Both the position numbers and the translations under genes were made by a program. This document shows, piece after piece, positions 29,491 through 36,998 of a stretch of 36,998 bases of DNA (within the stretch, counting starts at the first letter, position 1; each line of letters begins with the position of its first letter). Source of the DNA: a virus. The notes beneath the pieces are model-generated. The model saw nothing but the letters and a program-made list of their open reading frames with translations, was not told the DNA's origin and ran no database searches. The DNA lies in the IMG/VR virus record IMGVR_UViG_3300043219_000413; one strand, 5' to 3'.

Positions 29491-30978
29491 ATGGACGATA
29501 AAACCCGTATTGTTGAGCTATTGCGCGAGCAAGAAAAGTCAGTACTTGAGCATCAGATTAATTATTACGACCCTTATTCTTATCAGCTTGCCTTTCATAA
29601 CGATACCGAAAAATTCCGCTGTCTACGGGCTGCTAATCGAATAGGAAAAACCCACTCCGGCGGCGCAGAGTTGAGTTATCACGCAACGGGACTTTACCCT
29701 GAGTGGTGGCAAGGGCGACGCTTTGCTAAACCGGTAAAAGCTGTCTGTGGTGGCAAAAATAACGAAAAAACACGCGACATTATCCAGGCTGCACTTTTTG
29801 GTGATCCGACAGATGTCAATGCCTGGGGCACTGGCTGGATACCAAAAAAACTGATTGGTCGGGCGATGCGAAAACCCGGTGTCCCGGACGCTAAATACCA
29901 CGTTCTTGTTAAACATGTTTCAGGTGGTTATTCCAAAATTTCCATGCTGGCTTACGACATGGGAAAAGAAACCTGGATGGCGCACAAAGCCGATGTCAAT
30001 TGGCTCGATGAAGAGCCGCCCGAAGATATTTTATCTCAGGCCGTGCGCTCCATTATCGACACGGGCGGCATCATTTATATGACGTTCACACCAGAGAATG
30101 GAACAACCGGTGTAGTCAAGATGGTTCAGAATCAATGGTCTATGCATGAGGCAGGTTGGAAGGATGTTGTCGGTGATGATTTTGTTATTGATACCGCGTC
30201 GCTTCATTACGAATTTAAAACAAGATACACACGCAAAGGAAAGCGAGGTCATTTAACGAAGGACAAGATTACCGACGCTATAAAAGCCATGATGCCGCAT
30301 GAAATAAAAATGCGAGCCGAAGGTATTCCATTACTGGGAACCGGGTTGGTGTTTCCTTACTCAGAAGCAAGTATTACCTATGATGCTTTCGATCTTCCTT
30401 CTCACTGGCCTCGCATTGCGGGAATTGATTTTGGTTATACCCATCATACCGCCGTCGTTTGGATGGTTCATGACCCTGACACTGATGTGCTTTATATCTA
30501 TGACGCAGTAAAAATAAACAAAAGAGAAATCAACGAAATCGCGCCCTTTCTGAACGCGCGTCCCTCCCTTTGGGTGCCGATTGCATGGCCCCATGATGGC
30601 AATAAAAATTTTGGCATGGGCGGTTCTATTCAAAAGCAGTATCGAGACTATGGCATTAATTTACTTGACGATCATTTTACAAATCCCCCAAAAGATAACC
30701 AGATTGAAGGCGCGGGTGGTATTCAAATAATGCCTGGCATTGTTGAGATGGCGAACCGCTTTAATGACGGTCGATTGAAGGTGGCCAGTCACCTGTTTGA
30801 ATGGCTGGAAGAGTTTCGCAATTACCATCACAAGGACAATAAAATTGTCGATCGTGATGATGACTTAATGGCCGCAACTCGCTACGCCGTTCAATCGGTT
30901 CGCTTTGCTGAGAAAGAAAATGCGACACCTGTTTACAAATCCAGTAGCCAGGACAGTGCTGGCTGGATGAGCGCATGA
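29491..30978 (+). CDS. terL: Terminase large subunit (495 aa)
   Basis: Walker A-like ANRIGKTHSGG, Walker B VNWLDEEP, and nuclease-domain block IAGIDFGYTHHTAVVW. ATGA overlap with the portal gene. Confidence 0.9.
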   Translation: MDDKTRIVELLREQEKSVLEHQINYYDPYSYQLAFHNDTEKFRCLRAANRIGKTHSGGAELSYHATGLYPEWWQGRRFAKPVKAVCGGKNNEKTRDIIQAALFGDPTDVNAWGTGWIPKKLIGRAMRKPGVPDAKYHVLVKHVSGGYSKISMLAYDMGKETWMAHKADVNWLDEEPPEDILSQAVRSIIDTGGIIYMTFTPENGTTGVVKMVQNQWSMHEAGWKDVVGDDFVIDTASLHYEFKTRYTRKGKRGHLTKDKITDAIKAMMPHEIKMRAEGIPLLGTGLVFPYSEASITYDAFDLPSHWPRIAGIDFGYTHHTAVVWMVHDPDTDVLYIYDAVKINKREINEIAPFLNARPSLWVPIAWPHDGNKNFGMGGSIQKQYRDYGINLLDDHFTNPPKDNQIEGAGGIQIMPGIVEMANRFNDGRLKVASHLFEWLEEFRNYHHKDNKIVDRDDDLMAATRYAVQSVRFAEKENATPVYKSSSQDSAGWMSA

Positions 30979-33017
30979 AGCCGCTTAAAGGTAAGAAATA
31001 CGAGAAGATTGTTAAAGAGGCGATCAAACGATTCAAGATCGCAGTTGATGCCGAGATGGATAATCGATCACTCGCGCAAGATGACATTGATTTTAGAAAT
31101 GGCGATCAATGGGAGGACGGTATAAAACGGATCAGGGAACATGAGGGACGCCCTTGTCTAACCATAAACAAGTTAGAACAACGCGTTGATCAAGTTACAG
31201 GAGATCAGCGAATGAATCGAATGGGCGCGGTTATTCGTCCCCTGGATTCAACCAATTCCTATACCGAGCGAGTACCGGGCCGAAATTTCACAATGGCCCA
31301 GGTTTACTCAGGCATTATCAAGAATATTGAATCCACTTCAAATGCAAAAAGCGCTTACGATATCGCGTTTGATCAGGCGGTGGGTCACGGGTTTGGTTTC
31401 TGGTCAATAAAAACTGAATACAACGACGATGACTCGTTTGATCAGGACATAAAGATTCGCCGCATCAATAATGCCATGCGTGTTTACCTTGATCCCGCCG
31501 CACAAGAAGTCACTAAAAAAGACGCGATGTGGGGATTTATCACTACGATGGTCGACAAGGATGAGTACCCCGATGCCAGTTGGGAGATTGGTATAGGCGA
31601 GGAGCAGTCACTTTGGTTTGATAGCGAAAAAGTACGTATTGCTGAGTACTTTCGCCGTGTTGAAGTGGAAATTGAAATATGGAAAACGCGCGCGGGTGTG
31701 CTTCGTGTAAAAGATGATGACATGGATATTCGCGATGAATTGATGATGCGCGGAATCAATCCCGATAAGAAACGAATCGCAACCACCTATAAAGTCGAAT
31801 GGTTTAAGTTAAGTTCAAATGAAGTTTTTGAAGAGACCTTATTTCCCTCAAAGTTTATTCCAATCATTCCCTGTTACGGCAAAGAATTAAACGTTAATGG
31901 TGAGACTATTTACCGGGGCGTTATTCGTTATGCCAAAGATCCTCAGCGCATCTACAACTACACCCGAACGGCCAGTGTTGAGCAAGTAGCACTTGCGCCA
32001 AAAGCGCCCTGGGTTATTGAAGAATCACAAATAGGTAATCATAAACAGGTTTGGGAAAACGCGAATGTTAAAAACTATTCGATGCTGCCTTACAAAAACA
32101 AACCCGGTGTGCCTCCGCCAATGCGACAAGCGCCCCCTCAGCCTTCTAGTGGCTGGATCAGCGAATCGCAAATCGCCGATCAGGATATCGACGCCTCAAG
32201 TGGCATGTATAAAGCATCACTGGGCGCGCCGAGTAATGAGCGATCCGGTAAGGCTATCAATGCGCGAAAAGTGGAAGGCGATGTCGGTACTTATCATTAC
32301 CACGATAATCGCGCGTTAAGTCTTCAGCATACCTACGAGATTCTTGTCGATATGATTCCCCGCGTTTATGACACTGCGCGCGCAGTTCGAATTCAAACAC
32401 CGGATGACAAAGAAGAAATAATAAACATTAATCAGGAAATTTTTGATCGAGAAACCCAGCAATGGATAAAAGCGTATGACCTCTCGATGGGCAAATACGA
32501 TATTGCGGTTGATGTTGGCGCGTCGTATACAACCCAGCGTCAAATGGCCTCTGAAAGCATGATGGAATTAATTCAATATGCGCCACAACTGGCGGGACAA
32601 ATAATTGACTTAATTGCGAAGAATTTAGACTGGCCCGGCGCTGATGAAATTGCTGAGCGACTAAAAGATAACCGTCCAACGATGGATCAGATGCAGCAGC
32701 AAATTCAGATGGAAACACAAAAAGCAGTACAGGGCGCACTCAATGGCGAGCAGCATCAACTTGATATGTTTAAAGCACAAACCGATCGAATGTCGAAAAT
32801 AAGAAAAGCCGAAAACGATGACGACTCACTAGAAGTTGAGTTGCTCAAGTTACTTGAAACGGCCAATTATGATACCCGAAGCCAAGTCCTCCAGCTTATT
32901 AACGAGTTAAATGAAGAACAGCAAATGAGCGCGCCCGTTGCGCGAAACTCCCAACAACCACCACCCATTAATAATCCACCACAAGGGAACATACCACCAG
33001 GTGTTCCAGGGCAATAA
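30975..33017 (+). CDS. Portal protein, P22-like (680 aa)
   Basis: DDIDFRNGDQWEDGIKRIREHEGRPCLTINKLEQRVDQVTGDQRMNR is a typical portal N-terminal signature. Size and position after terL fit. Confidence 0.85.
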   Translation: MKPLKGKKYEKIVKEAIKRFKIAVDAEMDNRSLAQDDIDFRNGDQWEDGIKRIREHEGRPCLTINKLEQRVDQVTGDQRMNRMGAVIRPLDSTNSYTERVPGRNFTMAQVYSGIIKNIESTSNAKSAYDIAFDQAVGHGFGFWSIKTEYNDDDSFDQDIKIRRINNAMRVYLDPAAQEVTKKDAMWGFITTMVDKDEYPDASWEIGIGEEQSLWFDSEKVRIAEYFRRVEVEIEIWKTRAGVLRVKDDDMDIRDELMMRGINPDKKRIATTYKVEWFKLSSNEVFEETLFPSKFIPIIPCYGKELNVNGETIYRGVIRYAKDPQRIYNYTRTASVEQVALAPKAPWVIEESQIGNHKQVWENANVKNYSMLPYKNKPGVPPPMRQAPPQPSSGWISESQIADQDIDASSGMYKASLGAPSNERSGKAINARKVEGDVGTYHYHDNRALSLQHTYEILVDMIPRVYDTARAVRIQTPDDKEEIININQEIFDRETQQWIKAYDLSMGKYDIAVDVGASYTTQRQMASESMMELIQYAPQLAGQIIDLIAKNLDWPGADEIAERLKDNRPTMDQMQQQIQMETQKAVQGALNGEQHQLDMFKAQTDRMSKIRKAENDDDSLEVELLKLLETANYDTRSQVLQLINELNEEQQMSAPVARNSQQPPPINNPPQGNIPPGVPGQ

Positions 33018-33019
33018 TA

Positions 33020-33817
33020 ATGAGCGAAGAAACACAAATAGAAACCGATGCGATTGATGAATCTATCGATGATATTCAATCGGACATTTCTGAGGAAGCC
33101 ACTGATGCTGGCGATATTGCACAAAGCGATATGCAAGCTGAAGAGGAACCTAAGTCAAGATCTCGCAATCAGAACGCAAAAGCCCGCTTAAAGCGAAAGC
33201 TCAACGAAGCTGAACAACGTAATCAGCAGTTGGCTGATTTAATTAATAACTATACCGCACTTGAAACAAAAGTAGACAGTGTGATTAATCCGCCAGCCGC
33301 AAGACCGGACAGGGTTGATTTTGAAACCGAAGAAAATTACGAAGACGCATTGTATGACTGGCGACAGCCTGCAAAAGCTGAAGAGAAACCTACGCCTACT
33401 CATCAGGGATCACCTGCGCAAAAAAGCTTTGCGACAGATGAAGTTCGAGAGCACTGGCTTGATCAGGTTGATTTGGCGAAAGACAAATACAGCGACTTCG
33501 ATGAAAAAGTAAAGTCAATTCCGCTTGCCAGCATGACCGATGTTATGACGTTAAGCATTATGGAATCTGATTGTGCGGGTGAAATCGCTTACTTCCTCGG
33601 TGACAACTTACCTGAAGCTGAACGCATCTCACGATTGAGTCTGGCTTCCCAGGTGAAAGAAATCGACAAACTTGGAAACAAGTTTCAATCCAATACTTCA
33701 AGTGCCCCCTCTCCAATCGTTCCCACTGCTGGCGCAGATTCTCCCGTTGCTGATTTATCAAAAATGTCGATGAGAGACTATGCCGCGTATATGAATAAAA
33801 AAGAGTACGGAGGGTAA
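33020..33817 (+). CDS. Scaffolding protein (265 aa)
   Basis: Acidic, helical, low-complexity protein between the portal and coat genes. Confidence 0.6.
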   Translation: MSEETQIETDAIDESIDDIQSDISEEATDAGDIAQSDMQAEEEPKSRSRNQNAKARLKRKLNEAEQRNQQLADLINNYTALETKVDSVINPPAARPDRVDFETEENYEDALYDWRQPAKAEEKPTPTHQGSPAQKSFATDEVREHWLDQVDLAKDKYSDFDEKVKSIPLASMTDVMTLSIMESDCAGEIAYFLGDNLPEAERISRLSLASQVKEIDKLGNKFQSNTSSAPSPIVPTAGADSPVADLSKMSMRDYAAYMNKKEYGG

Positions 33818-33835
33818 TATTTTTAGGAGTCAGAA

Positions 33836-35047
33836 ATGGCTAATACTAACCTCACGATTGATCAGATTACGCGAGAAGCACTACGCATACTGGTTAATAA
33901 TCTGGGCTTTGCCCGTAACACCAACAAAGAATACGATGCTTCTTTTGCAAATGATGGCGCAAAAATAGGCGACACTTTACGTATTCGAAAACCCGCACGT
34001 TACACCATCCGAACTGGCGCTGCTCTTAATGTTCAGGATCACACTGAAACTAAAGTTGATTTGCAGCTCGATACACAGGCCGGAGTTGACGTTAACTTTA
34101 CATCAAAAGAATTAACGCTCGATATCAGTGATTTTTCCAGTCGCGTTTTAAAACCGGCAATGGCGACCATCGCAAATAAAATCGATCTTGATGGGTTGGC
34201 TTTATATAAAGATGTTTACAGTTCTGTCGGAACACTCGGTACACCGCCCGCAACAGCCGCAATCCTTTTAGATGCGAATCAGGTAATGGATGAGATGGCA
34301 ACCCCGCGTGATGGTCAGCGCTGCCTGGCTGTTAATCCTGCTGGCAATGCTTCGTTAGTGAATGGTCTCAGGGAGTTATTTCAGTCCAGTGGCAAACTCG
34401 ATGCGCAGTATCGCAAAGGCATGATGGGCATGGATACATTAGGTTTCAAAGAAATCTATATGGATCAAAACATCAATACGCATACGACTGGTGATTCGGG
34501 TGATTTGACCTGCGCAGTAAATGACACGGTTATCGAAGGCGATAGTGTCATAAGTATGAATACGTTTAGTGTTGCCGCACCGACTGTTAAGAAAGGCGAC
34601 ATTTTTACGATCGCAGGCGTGAATGCTGTCAATCCACAAAATCGCTCATCTACTGGAACGCTGCAACAGTTTGTTGTGACAGCGGACAAGATTGGAAGCT
34701 CTAACGCGATTGCTGATATTGCTATTTCGCCATCATTTAAGGCAGCTGGTGCATTCCAAACAGTCGACGCCTTACCTGTTGATGACGCTGTTGTTACTTT
34801 TTATGCGACGTCTTCAAGTCAGTCACCACAAAACATTGCTTATCATCCTGACGCCTTCACGTTAGGTACAGCTGACTTGTTAATGCCAAAAAATGTGGAT
34901 TTCGCTTCACGTCAAGTTCACGAAGGAATATCAATGCGCATTGTCAGAGATTACGACATCAACAATGACGCAATGCCTTGTCGGATTGATGTGCTCTATG
35001 GTTGGAAAACGCTTTATCCAGAGTTGGCTTGCCGTATCTGGGGTTAA
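33836..35047 (+). CDS. Major capsid protein, P22 coat family (403 aa)
   Basis: ITREALRILVNNLGFARNTNKEYDASFANDGAKIGDTLRIRKPARY matches the P22 coat N-arm / spine-helix signature. AGGAG RBS. Strong terminator follows. Confidence 0.85.
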   Translation: MANTNLTIDQITREALRILVNNLGFARNTNKEYDASFANDGAKIGDTLRIRKPARYTIRTGAALNVQDHTETKVDLQLDTQAGVDVNFTSKELTLDISDFSSRVLKPAMATIANKIDLDGLALYKDVYSSVGTLGTPPATAAILLDANQVMDEMATPRDGQRCLAVNPAGNASLVNGLRELFQSSGKLDAQYRKGMMGMDTLGFKEIYMDQNINTHTTGDSGDLTCAVNDTVIEGDSVISMNTFSVAAPTVKKGDIFTIAGVNAVNPQNRSSTGTLQQFVVTADKIGSSNAIADIAISPSFKAAGAFQTVDALPVDDAVVTFYATSSSQSPQNIAYHPDAFTLGTADLLMPKNVDFASRQVHEGISMRIVRDYDINNDAMPCRIDVLYGWKTLYPELACRIWG

Positions 35048-35054
35048 TAAAAAC

Positions 35055-35080
35055 GGGAGGATTTATTCCTCCCTTTTTTT
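35055..35080 (+). terminator. Rho-independent terminator after the coat gene
   Basis: gggagga-tttat-tcctccc followed by T7. Confidence 0.8.
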
Positions 35081-35094
35081 AAGAGGAATAAAAA

Positions 35095-35580
35095 ATGTCT
35101 TTAGAACAATTAGGAACAAATTCAACAGATGGATGTGTTGCCCCCGGTCTGCACCAGAGCGTAATTCAAAACGTTGGGACAACCAGGCAACTATTTGCTG
35201 ATGAATCCGGCTCACTATGTCTTCTCGATTCGGCTGGCGGTGTTATTTATACATTACCTGCGCCCGTTGCGGGTATGCGGTTTGAGTTTTTAGCGACAGT
35301 CGCTGTTACTGCATCTGATGTTTATACCGTTATCACTAATGATACGGCTGCTGTCTTTTTGGTTGGTGGTGTGATTATGGGTGATGTCACTGTAGCAACA
35401 TCCGGCGATTATTTTGAAGCGGACGGTTCAACCATTGTTGCCTTAACGTCGAATGGCTCAACAACAGGTGGCCTTCTAGGTGAGCGCTTTCAAGTGACGG
35501 CTATATCAACAACCCAGTGGGTTATTGAAGGTGTTTGTCACGGAGCGGGAACACTGGCAACTCCATTCGCAACAGCTTAA
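35095..35580 (+). CDS. Small virion-module protein, paralog 1 (161 aa); head decoration/accessory candidate
   Basis: Paralog of 35617-36075. Shared blocks: IQNV...R.L.A.ES..LCL.DS..G..Y.LP and NG.TTGG..G.R...TAI.T..WV.EG.C..G...TPF. Confidence 0.55.
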   Translation: MSLEQLGTNSTDGCVAPGLHQSVIQNVGTTRQLFADESGSLCLLDSAGGVIYTLPAPVAGMRFEFLATVAVTASDVYTVITNDTAAVFLVGGVIMGDVTVATSGDYFEADGSTIVALTSNGSTTGGLLGERFQVTAISTTQWVIEGVCHGAGTLATPFATA

Positions 35581-35616
35581 AAGCAAACACAGGGACGTGT
35601 ATAACTGAGTATTACT

Positions 35617-36075
35617 ATGACTTCAAATGTAGCTCCACCAGGTTATTATCACCAGAAAATAATTCAAAATGTAGTCCTGTCGAGAAAATTAAATGCTTAT
35701 GAGTCAACAGCCTTATGTCTCTTTGATTCACCAGACGGTATCACTTATATATTGCCACCAACGGAAGTTGGCCTGGTATTTTCTTTTTTCACGACCGTTT
35801 CAGTTCTTGCTCCGAATGTTAACAAGGTAATTACCGACAAGGACACGACGCTCTTGGTAGGCAATGTTGAGATGATCGATGTCATGAGTCAATATTTTCC
35901 TAAAGTCTTTTCGGCGAACGGTGCGACCGATATTGCAGTTGAGAATAACGGAACAACAACAGGTGGTCGCATGGGCTGTCGGTATGATTTGACAGCAATA
36001 GCAACAAATAAATGGGTACTTGAAGGGCGCTGTATTACTGAGGGCAGAGCTACTACGCCATTTAAGGCATCTTGA
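35617..36075 (+). CDS. Small virion-module protein, paralog 2 (152 aa)
   Basis: See 35095-35580. Confidence 0.55.
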   Translation: MTSNVAPPGYYHQKIIQNVVLSRKLNAYESTALCLFDSPDGITYILPPTEVGLVFSFFTTVSVLAPNVNKVITDKDTTLLVGNVEMIDVMSQYFPKVFSANGATDIAVENNGTTTGGRMGCRYDLTAIATNKWVLEGRCITEGRATTPFKAS

Positions 36076-36113
36076 TCTCCTTTCTATAGGGGGTCACTCA
36101 GTCGGTTATTAAT

Positions 36114-36359
36114 ATGAAATGGTTTTATAACAAAAGCAAACAAGGCGTTATCGCTGAAGATCAACCCGAAGGATATCACTATGATTTTAGAGGCAAGGAT
36201 CTGTCATGCGCCATTATTCCAGAGCGATCGGAGCAAGAGCTTAAAGATGCGATCGAGTTTGAAGAGGTTAAAAAAGAATATATGCAGCGATTCGGAAAAA
36301 AACCAAATGGACGAGCAAAAAAAGAAACCTTAATAAAAGCATTGGCCGATGATAGCTAA
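36114..36359 (+). CDS. Small protein with a C-terminal HeH/SAP-like motif (81 aa)
   Basis: FGKKPNGRAKKETLIKALAD resembles the HeH/Rho-N-like motif common in phage head-module proteins. Confidence 0.5.
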   Translation: MKWFYNKSKQGVIAEDQPEGYHYDFRGKDLSCAIIPERSEQELKDAIEFEEVKKEYMQRFGKKPNGRAKKETLIKALADDS

Positions 36360-36998
36360 CACTATTATTACAGCTGCTTTACGTCGATTGCTCGTTATCC
36401 CCAGTGGTGGATCGCCTACGTCGAATCAGTTATCAGATGGACTCGAAGTTCTTAACGATATGATTGGTAGCTGGTCAGCGCAGCGGGATTTAATTTATGA
36501 AGACACAAAAGAAGATCTGACGATTCCAGGTGGTACGCAATCAATTACGATTGGCCCAACAGGTGATTTGGTAACCGGGCGTCCGCTGAAGATAAATGTA
36601 GCAACACTACGTGATAATACTATCGATTATACGATGAGATTGATTGGTGAGATCGAATATCAAAGTTACTCACAAAAAACAAATATTAGCCGACCTTATC
36701 GACTTTATTATCGTAATACCTGGCCAAACGGTACGGTTTATTTCGAGTACACAACTGATCAATCCTACACTTTAGTTCTCACCTCGATGAAACAATTATC
36801 AACGTTTCCCGATGGAACAACCGATGTTGTGCTGCCTGATTATTATGAGCGCGCATTAAAGACAAATTTCACTATTGAAGTTGCCGATGAAATGGGCGCA
36901 GGGAATAGAGTCACTGCGACAATGTTTAAGCTTGCTGATGAAGCGAAGACTGCCATTATCTCGCAAGCTATCGACCTGGTTCCCGCTGTTACAGAATT
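36349..36998 (+). CDS. Head-to-tail adaptor (P22 gp4 / T7 gp11 class), 5' portion; continues at base 1 and ends at 170
   Basis: IITAALRRLLVIPSGGSPTSNQLSDGLEVLNDMIGSW parallels P22 gp4 [39 protein letters not shown]. Overlaps the upstream stop. Runs off the window end in frame with 3-170. Confidence 0.7.
   Translation, partial: MIANTIITAALRRLLVIPSGGSPTSNQLSDGLEVLNDMIGSWSAQRDLIYEDTKEDLTIPGGTQSITIGPTGDLVTGRPLKINVATLRDNTIDYTMRLIGEIEYQSYSQKTNISRPYRLYYRNTWPNGTVYFEYTTDQSYTLVLTSMKQLSTFPDGTTDVVLPDYYERALKTNFTIEVADEMGAGNRVTATMFKLADEAKTAIISQAIDLVPAVTE
36872..36998. repeat. Right copy of the 127-bp end duplication (identical to 1-127)
   Basis: Direct comparison of both ends. Confidence 0.95.

Larger units (their letters stand above)
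1..36998. mobile_element. Complete circularly closed temperate phage genome (about 36,871 bp unique); P22-like podovirus structural module with lambdoid regulatory layout
   Basis: Exact 127-bp duplication of the two window ends. One ORF is split across the junction and rejoins in frame. Full set of terminase, portal, coat, tail, integrase, repressor and Q genes. Confidence 0.85.

Noticed and set aside
29623-32739. Numerous antisense or alternate-frame ORFs inside terL and portal (for example 29623-29916, 30361-30633, 30761-31087, 31484-31786, 32428-32739)
   Set aside because: They lie within long ORFs carrying strong family signatures and are shadow frames.

Overview
The window is one complete, circularly closed temperate phage genome. 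Bases 1-127 are identical to 36872-36998, so the unique length is about 36,871 bp. An adaptor gene starting at 36349 is completed in frame by bases 1-170.

Structural module (+ strand, 27184 -> wrap -> 11023), P22-like podovirus type:
- TerS, TerL, portal, scaffold and P22-type coat.
- Two paralogous small virion proteins.
- A gp4-like adaptor and a gp10-like tail hub.
- A tail fibre and three internal/ejection proteins.
- A post-terminator cassette with two paralogous fibre-associated genes.

The rest is lambdoid in logic:
- An attP carrying the 3' half of a tRNA-Asn(GUU), next to a tyrosine integrase and an excisionase-like gene.
- A DUF1071/Sak3-type annealing protein.
- A divergent CI-like / Cro-like switch.
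- A replication-initiator-like gene with an internal (GATACA)7 repeat.
- A small protein ending in the SSB tip DDDLPF.
- A PD-(D/E)xK nuclease, a DUF968/Ref-like HNH protein and a Q-type antiterminator.

Accessory regions:
- An opposite-strand anti-restriction island (ArdA with a Cys4 insertion, ArdC, three unknown small proteins, a small HTH) lies between Q and terS, exactly where a lysis cassette would be expected.
- A 1.8-kb moron/non-coding insertion lies between terS and terL. It holds 3 x 11-bp repeats, a GC-rich structured spacer, an LMW-PTP-like gene and a secreted peptide.
- A 5-kb moron block lies between the fibre genes and attP. It holds secreted Cys-rich proteins, three AlpA-type HTH proteins, a ParB/Srx-like protein and a BamE-like lipoprotein.

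Most notable non-genic signals:
- A 15-bp palindrome, TTAAG-N5-CTTAA, recurs in six promoter regions.
- An exact 11-mer (AGAGGGCAAAC on the coding strand) precedes int and four anti-restriction-island genes.
- Three promoters have a -10 element ending 7 nt before the ATG, which suggests leaderless mRNAs.

I could not recognise any holin, endolysin or spanin. All functional calls come from reading motifs by eye; no database search was possible.
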